A stretch of 64,000 bases of DNA, taken from the NCBI RefSeq assembly GCF_009914755.1, contig NC_060927.1; one strand, 5' to 3'. The notes beneath the pieces are model-generated. The model did no database searches, was not told the DNA's origin, and saw nothing but the letters and a program-made list of their open reading frames with translations. The translations under genes and the position numbers were made by a program. Positions 41,286 to 52,890 of this stretch are shown here, in pieces. The first letter of the stretch is position 1, and each line of letters starts with the position of its first letter. Source of the stretch: the human T2T-CHM13v2.0 reference genome, Homo sapiens.

Positions 41286-42048
41286 ACATAACCCTTCAGG
41301 GTTAACAGGGAAAACCTGTATGATAAATAAAATATAGCATATTGGCTAAAACTATGGGTTCTGTAGCCAGAGAGACCTGGGTTCAACTGTATTGTCATTT
41401 ATTGATTCTATGACTTTGGCAAGATACTTGATTTCTCTGTTCCTATATTTTCTTCATCTATAAAGCAGGGCTAACACCATTCATCTCTTGACATAATACA
41501 TATGGTCCTAATGCCTCATGTGTAGAAGCAGCTCCATGAATGCTGGCTATTATTATGTTAGAACCAAGAGACATATAGCAAGGCCTGGAATATGGTCTTG
41601 GAGACTACTGTCATGGTGCCCCCAGGTCAGCAGACTTCACCTCACTGCTTTATTTTTTAATTGTCAGCCCAGCCCTGTCAGGTCACCTTGGCCAAAAGCT
41701 GTGGTCTGGTGACCTCTTAAGAGGATGAATTGCTGGTCTCAGCTGAATGCTTATCACGTAGAAACACAAGGCACCAGATGTTGGCTCATTCTACAGATCT
41801 CTCGAAGAAAGAATGAGCACTGGGACTCTGTCTCTGTGGCTGCCTTCTAGAAAAGACAATCCACTGGAGGCAGATTTGTTAGCAGGAGCTGTGCCCAGAT
41901 GGCTGGAAATCACATTGCCTCTAAGACCAAGACCCACGGTCCTGGGGCACTACAGTGACACAATCCCATCAGAGGTGGCACCAATGAAGCAATACATTTC
42001 CTGAATCAAATGCAATTGATTAGCTAAACTTGAGCAACCTGAGAATGG

Positions 42049-42473
42049 TGTAGACAAAGCTGCCAGTGCCCTGCCCATGTCTCCTGGGGACCAGCTCACA
42101 CCTGCTGGCTTCCTTTCTGCCACTGCTGCCTTCCACTCTGGCCACCGTCAACTCTGCACAGGATACTTGTCCCTAGGAGTAGCTGGCAGCCCAAGATTGA
42201 TGGGAGTTGGTGGCTAAATCCCCAGCTTCCTCACAACTTAGGTAAGACAACGCAAGGGTGCACTCTACAATGTCTCTCAGTACTAGTAGACTAGTTACTA
42301 GTAGTGGGATGAGTCCAACTGTCCACAAGAGTGACCTGCTCATGACACACCCTGATGGACTGCCTTCCCTTCCCTTCCTCACCTCCCCACTCCCCTACTA
42401 GTACCTCCTGGTTCACTTCCCAAATAAAGTACAGGCCCTCACAGCTTGGTTTCAGAGTCTGCATCCAAAGACA
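42049..42473 (+). mobile_element. ERVL solo LTR, LTR16C-like
   Basis: 'gtgccctgcccatgtc', 'aaatccccagcttcctcac', 'cccaaataaa'. Confidence 0.75.
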
Positions 42474-42600
42474 ATAGATGCCAATTATTCAACACCTACC
42501 ATGTGCTTTCCTCTGTGGAAAGGTCATAAAGGGGGTGGGTCAGGGTCAGTTCAGAGAAAGAATGAGCCAAGCTAAGAGTGACAAAGGGGGCTGGGATTTC

Positions 42601-42869
42601 TTCTGAGACAGAGTCTTACTCTGTTGCCCAGGCTGGAGTGCAGTGGCATGATCTTCGGCTCACTGCAACCTCCACCTCCCGGGTTCAAGCAATTCGCATG
42701 CCTCAGCATCCTGAGTAGCTGGAACTACGGGCATGCATCACCATGCCCAGCTAATTTTTGTATTTTTAGTAGAGACGGGGTTTCACCATGTTGGCCAGGC
42801 TGGTCTCAAACTCCTGACCTCAAGTGATCCGCCTGCCTCGGCCTCTCAAAGTGCTGGGATTACAGGTGT
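42601..42869 (-). mobile_element. AluS, slightly 5'-truncated and almost tailless
   Basis: 13-bp TSD gggct(g/a)ggatttc at 42588-42600 and 42870-42882. Confidence 0.93.
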
Positions 42870-44329
42870 GGGCTAGGATTTCAGATGAAGGATTGTTCAT
42901 CTTCAGCTGGCCTTCCATCCTTCTTGGGTTTTGACATGCAATGCATATGTCAACCTTATAAACATTTACTGCAAGTGTTTTACAAGACCCAGAATTATGG
43001 GTTTGCTGAAGAAGCCCAGAGAAAATGGAGCAGACCTTTAAAATGAAGTTTCTGGACTGGCCTTTTCCATGAATAATAATAAAAGACAGCATTTATGAGG
43101 CTCTTACTTTTTGTCAGATACTGTGACCAAGGGCATGATCTTATTCAGTTGCCAAAACAATGCTATGTGGCAGGTCCTACTATGTTTCATTTTGTGGTTG
43201 AAAAAACTGAGTCTCAGAGAGATTAAGTCATTTGTCCAAAGATGTCCAGACAGGTAGATGGTGCAGCCAGGAATCCCATGGTCACCGGTGTGCCAGGCCC
43301 GGAGTGTGATTAAGATGTATAGATCAAAGCCTCCCTCTTCCTCTATCCCACTGGACTACCAGATCCAGGGAATGGCGCATTTCTCTGATTGGTTCTGTTT
43401 TTAACAAGGTGCTGATGCTCATTGTGGAACACTGCAAAATACCCCCTCCTTTCTTGACCTTTCTGTCTCTGCAACAGCCTCATGTGTTCATCATAGGCAC
43501 ATCAGGTGGAAGGGAATGAAAGCCACTGTGACAAACAAGACAAAGAAAGCCCAGCATTGCCAGTGGCCTGGGACCTGAAAACAAGTCATTGTGTGTTAAT
43601 TCTTCATGGAAGAAAACTAAAGGTCGTGTGTGTCAGTGTGAATGCTGGCTGTGAAATTAATGCTTTGGCCAAATGACTCAGTCGAGACAGAAACATGATT
43701 TTGTTCGCGCTGGTGTGAGCCAACATCTCAAAAAAAAAAAAAAAAAAAATGCTGCTTGGAATCAGTGGAATCTTCGAAGGCCAGGCCTTTCAGTTTCCAC
43801 TGCTCCTAACCAAGCTACTTCGGTCTCTCTGATTGCTGCCCTGCAAAGACCAGACAGAACTCACTTTTCTCCATCTTTCCACAGGTGTAAGAGCTACCAG
43901 AGGGAGGAAAGTGGAAGCTACCAGACGGAGGAAGCATAAACCAGGTCCTGATCCCTGATTAATTGAGAATCAGCCAGCTTGGGAAGGGGATGGCTGCGCA
44001 AGCCCACAGAACGCAGACTCCCAGAGGAGGCAGGGGTAGGAAAGCTCTTGGCCGTGGCCTGATTGTCTGGGAGACGGGAGTCAAGATGGCTTGGTTTCAA
44101 CAAACTGGCTTTGATTACTTGGCGTTTGGCTCTGTGCTCTCTGGCCAGGTCAGCCTGACCCACGGTTGTCACCCCAGAGGACTGTGAAATAACAAGTGCA
44201 GTTAACTGGCCACTGCTGATCTGCGCCTAGAAGACAACGTCTCAGTTGTTAAGGCTTTTGTTGGCCTGCTCAGGAAGCGATTCTTTTTGCCTGCAAATTA
44301 TTGTAGGTTCCTGAGGGAACCGTGCCAGT

Positions 44330-44560
44330 CCTTGCCCTTTAGCTGCTCTGCTCTGTGCTGGGCTTGTGGGGTGAGAGAGGAGACAGAATAGGGAGAAGGA
44401 GGAGAGGGGAGGCTGTACCTTGTAGGTGGATATTTTAAGGCTCTAATGTTAGCTGTGGTTGGAATTGACCAAGGGAGGCACTAGCAAGAGGTTGGAGGGC
44501 CGGAAGAGGAAAGAAACCAGAGTTTCTCTCCAACTCCTCTCTCTCTTTCTCTGCCTCAGA
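44330..44560. mobile_element. Old ERVL LTR fragment (LTR41-like)
   Basis: 'gaccaagggaggcactagcaagaggttggaggg...gagtttctctcc'. Confidence 0.45.
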
Positions 44561-44590
44561 TGGTCAAAATTTTAAGGAGACAGAATCCAA

Positions 44591-44802
44591 CAGGGCTGGG
44601 ATTAGGATGAAGTGAGTGAGGCTGAGCTGTGCAAATACGAGGTCAGATCCTGACCTTGTTCATCATGGAATTTTTGCATTAATGTTGATATTTTTTAAAT
44701 ATTGTGTTGAAATATTTATCTTGATTACTGAGCTTTTTGACATTTCCTTAGACTTTATCCCAAAGCAAGAGCCTTGCTTGTTTCACCCTGGTCCTGGCCT
44801 TG
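44591..44802. mobile_element. MER96B-like hAT-Tip100 MITE
   Basis: cagggctgggattagg...caccctggtcctggccttg. Confidence 0.7.
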
Positions 44803-45004
44803 CCTTCCAGTGTGTCGGACACATTTACGCACAGAGAAAAATAGGCAATCCAAATGGTCCAACTCTATTGGATATTCTCTATGCTGCTTTCATTCACTCA
44901 ATAATGTGTAGCTGAGCACTTTTCTGTGTCAATGAATATAGTTCCACATTATCCTGGGCTTGAAGGATGTGTTATCAAATATTTTACTAACCCCCCACTG
45001 ATGC

Positions 45005-45460
45005 ATCTAGCAGGATCTGTCCATGCCCTGCCCATATCTCTAACATTTCTATGTGCTCCAGCCAAACTCCACTGCCAGCTCTGCATTTCTGAGTGGAAAG
45101 TCTCGTTTCAGATCTGCAGAATGCCATGCTGCCTATCATTTCAGCAGGGGAAACTGCCATAGAATTAACATCTGCCAGGAATAGCTCTTGACCAATGACT
45201 AAGGGGGGACTGGTGTGTAAATACCCCAGCTCCCTTGCCCATTGGGTGGGACAACTCAGGTGTGTGCTGTACACTATATCCCAGAGCTCTCTCCATGGGT
45301 ACAAGCTCCAGTTGCCCACAGTAGTGCTTGGCTTAATTACCTGCCTTGATTGGCTGCCTGTCCTTCTCCATATCACTTTTCCTTTCCCTCCTGGGGCTGT
45401 CTACAACCCCAACCCAGTAACAACTGCACTTGAATCTTTGTCTCAGGATCTGCTTCCGTT
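45005..45460 (+). mobile_element. ERVL solo LTR, LTR16C-like
   Basis: 'aaataccccagctcccttgccc', 'gctccagttgcccacag', 'gcacttgaatctttgtctcaggatctgcttc'. Confidence 0.8.
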
Positions 45461-46229
45461 AAGATGGACATTCCGATTATTTTGAATTTTTCAGTGTTAA
45501 CATGTTCACCACCCATATGGATTTTGGCATATTAATAGCTGCCACCCCCTCCTTTGGGGATGTGGTCCATACAAAGCAAGGGTAACAGAAGAAGGTAAAG
45601 TAGAGAAAAGAGACAGAAACTCTGAAATGCTACCATGCATCTCAGAGTTATGTCCTATAAAATGAGCCTTTTCAGTATGTGCTGTGGCATCAAAAGTGTT
45701 GAGAAGCATTGTTCTCACTGGTCAGGCTGTGCCTTCACCTCTGTAGCTCCAATGAGTGACACATAGTAGATAATGGATAAATATGTGTTGCATGAATAAA
45801 GGGAGGAGTAATTGGTTCATGCTCTGAGCCTCTGCCAAGCTGAGTATATGAGACCTTTTGATTTACCTGAGCAATTGAGCATCTGTGCCTCAGGACTCTC
45901 TAGTTCTACCATCAAGACAGAGAATGGTGTGATACTCAGGTTAACAAGGTGAGTCCAGGAGTGTTGCCCTGGAGGCATAAAACAGGGGCCCAGCCTTTGG
46001 AGATAAAGCATGCTCTGGTCCTAAATGGCAGCAGGAGAAGAATCTTCCCAAAGTGAGAGTCAGGCCACAATACCTCCCCTGGGAGGACGTCTGTGCCTGT
46101 GTATGTTGGAGAGAGAAGGAGCTTTTTCATCCCAAGTGAGTAGAGAGGTTACATCCTCTGACTGCTTCCCCCTCTCTCTGTCTTTCTCTCTCTCCTGCTG
46201 TGAAGGCCAAGTATGACTTCACAGAATCC

Positions 46230-47060
46230 CTAAGCTCCATAAATCAGTTCTAGATCCATCCCTTGCAGCTGTAATGAAAGCAGGATTTTAATAAAAACTG
46301 GATACTTCTACTGTTTCAATTGCTATCAGTTGACTCTAGAAGCATTTTTCTAAGATGAGGAAGGAAATCTAGTTATTCCAAGAGCCGACAAGGGAAGGCT
46401 GTAACTTTTCCGGAAATGTCCTCATAGAAGCCCTGGCTTTTGAGTACATAACACTCTCTCCCCCACCACCACCCAGCTGCCAACCCAGATCAAGGTTGAC
46501 TTTGTTCACATAGTCTTTGTAAATGGCTTGTCCCAGACAGTGACCCATCTGATCATGTCTGAGCTACCCCACCTCTTTTCCCCTGTCTCCTCCCCACACT
46601 GAAGATTCCTGCTCTGTCCTGTAATTCCCTTGGAGAACAGATGCTCCCATTCCAGAACCACCGATACTGCTGGGAGTTTGTATTTCAAGGGACAGCAGCC
46701 CCTTTGGGAGGAGCCGAAATGGTGGTCAGCCTTCCACTGTCACTTTGAAAGGTATAACATTTTATTCCCTGAGTTTGTATGCCTCCATTTTGACTCATCT
46801 TCTCTTCATTTCTGTCAGCATATTTATCTGTACTTCTGTCCACAGTTAAATCTTTGCCCATAAGGAGTTCACCTTGGAAATGACAGCGTGACCTGACTTC
46901 ACACTAAACATCCTAGACCATGCACACAGACGGTCCTTTTACCTGGGACTGATAAGGAAAGCCAAGCTTAGGATTTGTGTCATATGAAGGCTTATTCTCA
47001 GCAGCCTGGCTCCTTGATCTCGCCCAAAGGCAACTTTTTAGCTTCCCATAAATCATTCAT
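46230..47060. promoter_or_regulatory. Candidate HOX-PBX-MEIS element
   Basis: CCATAAATCA at 46237-46246 and 47046-47055; TGACAG 46881; CTGTCA 46737 and 46812. Confidence 0.35.
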
Positions 47061-47198
47061 TTATCTGCATTACATCATCTTTGCAGGACAACTGCATAGA
47101 AGTAACCTCCCAACCCAGCTGACCAATCTGCGCAGGTAGCAAGCGCTCCCTGCATAACTTCTTAGTGGCCTCCCTTCAGGATTGGTTCCCTACCCACT

Positions 47199-47564
47199 TG
47201 TATTAGTCAGCTATTACCAAAATAATGCTATGTAACAATCATCCTCAACATTTGGTGGCTTAAAATAACTATCGATTCTCTCCACTGACTGTACGGTTCA
47301 GCTAGCTCCAGGCTGAGGATCGACCTCAATCTGCTTCACTTGCTAACCAGAGTATACTCTTTTCATGGCGAATAGTGGGGATGCCAGAGACCAAGTTGAA
47401 TTGCACACTTCAAGCCTCTGCTTATGTTGTAGTTGCTTCTGTTCATTGACTCAAGCAAGTCACAAGGACAAGCCTCAAGTTGGTGGGGCAGAGGAAGTAT
47501 CCTCTTCCCTAAATGGGCAGGGAGAAGAGTGAACGTTTGCTGAACAATAAGATTATCAATCACA
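47199..47564 (-). mobile_element. MaLR solo LTR (MLT1I-like)
   Basis: 'tgtattagtcagctattaccaaaataatgctatgtaacaa'...'tttgctgaacaataa...caca'. Confidence 0.8.
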
Positions 47565-47911
47565 CTACCCCTCTAGCCTCATCTTGAGCCCTCTACCCCT
47601 TAATTCCTGTTTAGCCAGTCAAAATGTACTGGGCAGTCTCTAGCCTCAGGACCTTTGCATATGCTGTTCTCTCTGCCTGGAAGTCTCTTTCTCTTCCTAG
47701 TCCTCAATTACTCCTTCTGATTCTTCAGATTTATGTCTCCTTACTTCCGCAGAGAATTCTGCCCTAATCCCAAGACCAGGTTGAGCCTACACTCTGTACC
47801 AGGCACTGCCCTTAGTCACTGCCCAGCTTCCAGGAAGCCGCTCCATTCATAGCACTCTGAGAAAGCTTCCCATTTTCATGCTTTTGCTCCCTCTATCTGT
47901 GATCTCCTGTC

Positions 47912-48226
47912 TTGTTGTTGTTGTTGTTGTTGTTGCTGTTGCTGTTGAGACAGTATCTTGTTCTGTTGCCCAGGCTGGAGTGCAGTGGCACAGTCATGGC
48001 TTACCATAGCCTCAACTTCCTGGGCTTATGATCCTCCCACCTCAGCCTCCTGGGTATCTGTGACTACAGGTGCATATCATCATTCCTGGCTCATTTTTGC
48101 ATTTTTTATAGAGACGGTGTCTCACCACATTGTCCAGGCTGCTCTTGAATTTCTGGGCTCAAGCAATTCACCCACCTCAGCCTCCCAAAGTGCTGGGATT
48201 ACAGGCATGAGCCACCGCGCCCGGCC
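47912..48226 (-). mobile_element. AluJ with (TTG)n microsatellite tail
   Basis: J-type diagnostics; flanking ctgtctt repeat. Confidence 0.92.
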
Positions 48227-48659
48227 CATCTGTCTTACCTTTATCCATTTGGCTCCTTTGTATAATTCATAGCTCAGCCTAAACATGACTTTCCCTGAGC
48301 ACCTAAAGTAACACATTACACTCTGCATAACACTTAAACAATTGACTTTTTTTGTCTTAGTCATTGGATAGTTCCACCAGCAGGTATACCCCAGTAAAGA
48401 AAGTTCTTGTCTAATTTGCCCAACCCTGTATCACCAGAGCCTGGCACACTGCTTGGCCCATGGTAGGAACTCAAATCTTTTAAAAGCGAATTGCAAATTT
48501 GGTAGTAGTGCTTCAGCAGCCCTTGTGTCTGTGAGGCTGACCTCTGCAATGTCTGGGGTCAGATCCGTCCGTTTGCGGTCACACCTCTTTTCGTAAGACA
48601 GGCCCAAGTGGTTAGTTACCTGGCTCACCATGAATATGTGTTAAGCCTCTGAAAGGCGC

Positions 48660-49035
48660 TCTCAAGGTTGAGTTCCCACTGGCGCAGATGTCTGTGCAAG
48701 TGGTTAGGTGACCCAGTAAGAGAGGGGAAGTGAGACAAGGAAGGGAGAAAAAGCCCTACAGGGTGTGTCTGTGGGGAACTGGGGTCCGCAGCATGGGGAG
48801 TAAAACACACCTTAGCTATCCCCATGGAGGGGCACTGGACCTGGGGTGTGTGTCCACCAGGCATGGCTGAGGGCAGCTGGGGACTGGAGGGGTAACACCC
48901 TGGAACTTCTGGCCTGGCTTGTACCAGGGGCTGGGCTGGCTGGGGCAGCCAGAGAGGACCCTCAGGCAAAGCCAGCAGTTGTTGGAAACCGTTAGGGTGG
49001 GATCAGCCTGCCCAGGAGTGAGGGGCAGCTGCCAC
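48660..49035 (-). mobile_element. ERVL solo LTR, LTR16-type
   Basis: 'ggggaagtgagacaaggaagggagaaaagcc', 'agagaggaccctcaggcaaag', ends 'ctgccaca'. Confidence 0.65.
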
Positions 49036-49199
49036 AGGCAGAGCCTGTTGGGATCTGTGACAGAGACCGGTGGAATGAATGAGCTGACATCAGGGAGAGG
49101 ACAGTGGGGTGAGGAGCAGGGCGGTCAGGCGTGGGGAGAGACAGGGGCCATGCCGAGGCCAGCTTTTACAGCCGCGCCTGGAGCAGCTCAGGGGTCTTA

Positions 49200-49950
49200 G
49201 GAGGGAGAGGTCCTTCCGATTGACGATGACTCATCCCAGGGGTGGGCCTAGGAGGATCCCGAGCCCAGAGTCCAGGCTCAAAGCCATCGGCAGTTACTTG
49301 GCAATTTATTCCCGGTTTCTCAGAGGTAACAGCCAACGCAGGAACAGTGTGTTGCTCCCTTTAAAAAGGCTTAGAACATTCCGGAAAGAGACCTAAATTT
49401 AATAGCAGGAGAGAGGGAGGAGGGGAAGTGGTTGCAGAGCCTGGAGGGAAGCCAGGAATCCTGCCTCCTCCTCCCCAGCCGCAGAGGACATGCGGACATG
49501 TGTGGGCAGGTCCCTTCTGACCCATGGCAGGTCCCTGTTGATGGTCAGGCTGGGGATCGTGCAGGCCTTTTTGTTATCCCGGGGTCTCCTTCTGAGCTAT
49601 GCTAACACTGTGCAGTGCCTATAACCAAGAAGAAAAAGGAAAGAAACAGAGGAAACTCAAAGCAGCCAGCCTCTCTGACTTGTGAGCAGCTTGGGTAAAG
49701 GACCGGTGGCTGAGCCAATTTTTAATCACAGCTCACCTGCCTAGTACCGCCCGTGAGACCAGTGACCACCGAAGCCGGGCGAGGGCCCACGCCTCCCCTC
49801 GCCGTGGTTTCTGTGGTTAACTCCGCTGCACTGAACACCTCCCCTCCTCCCCTCTTCACTTCTGCGTGTGCGCCGCGTCCAGACCGACGGCCCTAAGGCT
49901 GCTTTAACCCAAGCACTGCCGGTCCGTGGAGGTCCCCATGGACACCCTCA
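49200..49950. promoter_or_regulatory. GC/CpG-rich candidate promoter-enhancer
   Basis: 17 CpGs counted in 49741-49930; GATGACTCATC 49225-49235; CATTCC 49377; CTAAATTTAA 49393; minus-strand donor CAG|GTGAGC at 49737/49736. Confidence 0.55.
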
Positions 49951-51044
49951 CTGCACAGGGGTTAGGACCTTGCCTCTGGGGCCAGATGGTCTGCGTTCAG
50001 AACCTGGCTGTGCCAACCACTGGGTCCCAGTTTCTCCGAGCCCCGCTCAGTGAGAGTGTCTTCCCATAACGGGGGTGAGCCTCACGTCACCCCGTTCATC
50101 TGGGGCCCAGGGAAAGCACGGTGGTCTGTTTCAGCACTGGAGGAAACAATGTCTGTGTTGACCTCATGGAGAGATGGCTGTCCTCTCCAGGGAGGTCCCT
50201 TCCCAGAGAATTTTGAAAGGCAGTTTGACTGTTAGCAATTTTTGGTTTAGACACAACTTTAGAATCTTTTCTCCTGTGTTTCAAGTGACTTCCATCGGTG
50301 TGGTTTCTCCAGGGGTGATCCCAGGGACACCAGCTTGAGAATCACCTGGGGAAGGGGTAGGGTGGGGGGAGGAGGGGGCTTATCAAATGCAGTTCCTTAG
50401 GACCAGCCCGTTCTTTGCTTCTCTCAGAACCCCTGTGAGTAGATGGATAATCAACCTCCTTTTACCATAGATGAAACTGAGGCTCGGAGAAGTTAGGGGA
50501 CATGCCCGAGATGATTTAATTAAATAATGACAGGCATATCTTCAACTGCTGCAGCCCCTGCCCTGGTCACAGGCTCCCTGTGGACCCCACCTGCTAAACA
50601 TAAACAAACCCATAGTGCAGCAGCCACAACTCAAGCTGGGAGGCCTTTGTGGAGGTTGATTTTTATCTCCCCGCAGTCAGGCACAAGTGAGAATTTCATA
50701 AATAGTTCTAACAAAGCTGCCTTTCACAGCCAGCTCTTTGCACTGTAAAAAATAATAATAATAAAATAAAAACCTGATTTCAGAAACCATGTCCCCAGGC
50801 TTCATTGTTTCTTTCTGTTTTTCAACTCTTTGACATTTTACTCACAGGGGAACTTTCTCAAACACTTCATGCATCCATTCAACAAAATTTATTGAGCACC
50901 TTCTATGTGTCAGGGGCCATACAAGGTGATAGAATCAACTGCTGTGAGTAAGATGAAGGTCTTGCCTTTATGAAGCTTCTACTCAAGAAAACAAAAAGGG
51001 AAAGTGTCAGGGGAAATGAGAGCTAATAAGTAACATTAGGCAGG

Positions 51045-51531
51045 TGATAGGGTTTAGGACATGTTACCCCAAAATAGAGCATCTTGGCATCTGAGAAAAC
51101 CAGCAGAAGTGGGAAGGTCTCTTTGACCCCAACCCTTCTCCCCTGAAGCACACCATCAAACATCATAGAATCCTCTGACCTTCTGCTGAAGTCGGTCATA
51201 AGAGCCTCATGTGGAATACAGTGGAATACTACTCATGTGGGCAGTGCCTACGTCATAAGCAGAGGAAAGGAGAGTATATGAAGCAGGAACTCAGCAAAGA
51301 ATCTGAACAAACAGGCCCCCAGGTTATTATCAGTAGATCACACCCCCTTTGTCCAATCGCACTGCTCCAGGACTATCCACCTCTTCATGAAACTTAGCGT
51401 AAAAATACACAGGTTTCCCCGTTGTTGTTTTTTGCGGTCTTTCACTTCTAAAGGGACCCATGTCATATAAAACTATATTAAATAAATTTCTATGCTTTTC
51501 TCTTGTGAAAAGAAATCTTTCCTCCCCTGCA
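51045..51531 (+). mobile_element. ERV1 solo LTR, LTR54-like, inserted in an L2 fragment
   Basis: 'tgatagggtttaggacatgttaccccaaaata...cttggcatctgagaaaac'; ends 'cctcccctgca'; flanks cagg/caag. Confidence 0.75.
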
Positions 51532-51584
51532 CAAGGTAAGCAAGATAGAGTGTGAAGGTGGAGAGGTGTCATTTATTTTAACTC

Positions 51585-51890
51585 TAAAAGATAGGGACTT
51601 TTACAAAACATAACCTCAATGCCATTATCACACTTAAAAAATAACCAGGACTCCTTAATATGCAATCATGTCCCATCAGTGTTCACACCTCCCCATTGTC
51701 ACGAATATTTTTGCATGCTATGAACCTTACTTAAATTCAGGTTCTAACAAATCTCTTTCAGTCTTTAGGTTCTTACCCATTTCCTTTCTTCGTTTTTGTT
51801 TCTTGCAGGTTTTTGTTGAAATGGCCAGGTCATTTGTCCCCTAGAATATCCTGTGGTATGGATTTTGCAGATTGCATGCCCATGCCATCA
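51585..51890 (-). mobile_element. Old L1M (L1MC-like) 3' fragment
   Basis: 'cataacctcaatgccattatcacac', 'ccaggtcatttgtcc...ggattttgcagattgcat'. Confidence 0.55.
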
Positions 51891-52034
51891 TTTCTTCTGT
51901 TAGGAGGTGCCATTGTATGCAGAATGTGACATCTGAACAGAGGCTGGAATGAAAGACAAGGGCGGGAGCCATGCAGAAATCTGAGAGTAAGAGGGTCCCG
52001 TTCAGCTTTCATTTTTTCTTAGCTTTACTGCTCA

Positions 52035-52452
<418 letters not shown>

Positions 52453-52469
52453 TTAAAAGCCCTTGGCCT

Positions 52470-52890
52470 TAAAAACTGGAAACAACCTGAATTTCTATCA
52501 GCAGAACAAATCAATCAAGTGCAGTATATTTCTACAGTGGAATACTACTCAGCAATGAAAAATGAATGAGCTACTAATTCAAGCACTATACACATGGGTA
52601 AATCTCAAAAACAAGTTGAGTGAAAGAGGCTGGATACAAAACAGCACACACTGTAGGCTGCCACCTATGAAGTTCAAGGACAGGCAAAACTACTCTGAGC
52701 AGCACTTTCTTTGGGAGTGATAGTGACTGGAAAAGGGGCATAAGAGAACCTTCTGGAAGGCAAGGGATGCTCCATAGCTTGAGCTGGGTGGTGGTTGCAT
52801 AGGTGTACACATAGGTAATAGTTCCTTACACTTAAGATGTCCGTATCTTCCTATATGTAAGTTATACCTGAATTTCAATAAAAAATTAAA
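52470..52890 (+). mobile_element. Old L1M (L1ME/MB-like) 3' end
   Basis: 'cagtggaatactactcagcaatgaaa', 'gggtggtggttgcataggtgta', 'tatgtaagttatacc...aataaa'. Confidence 0.8.

Noticed and set aside
43722-43749. 'catctc' plus A20, like an Alu 3' tip or processed-transcript tail
   Set aside because: No Alu body, no upstream polyA signal and no TSD found; treated as a simple A-run
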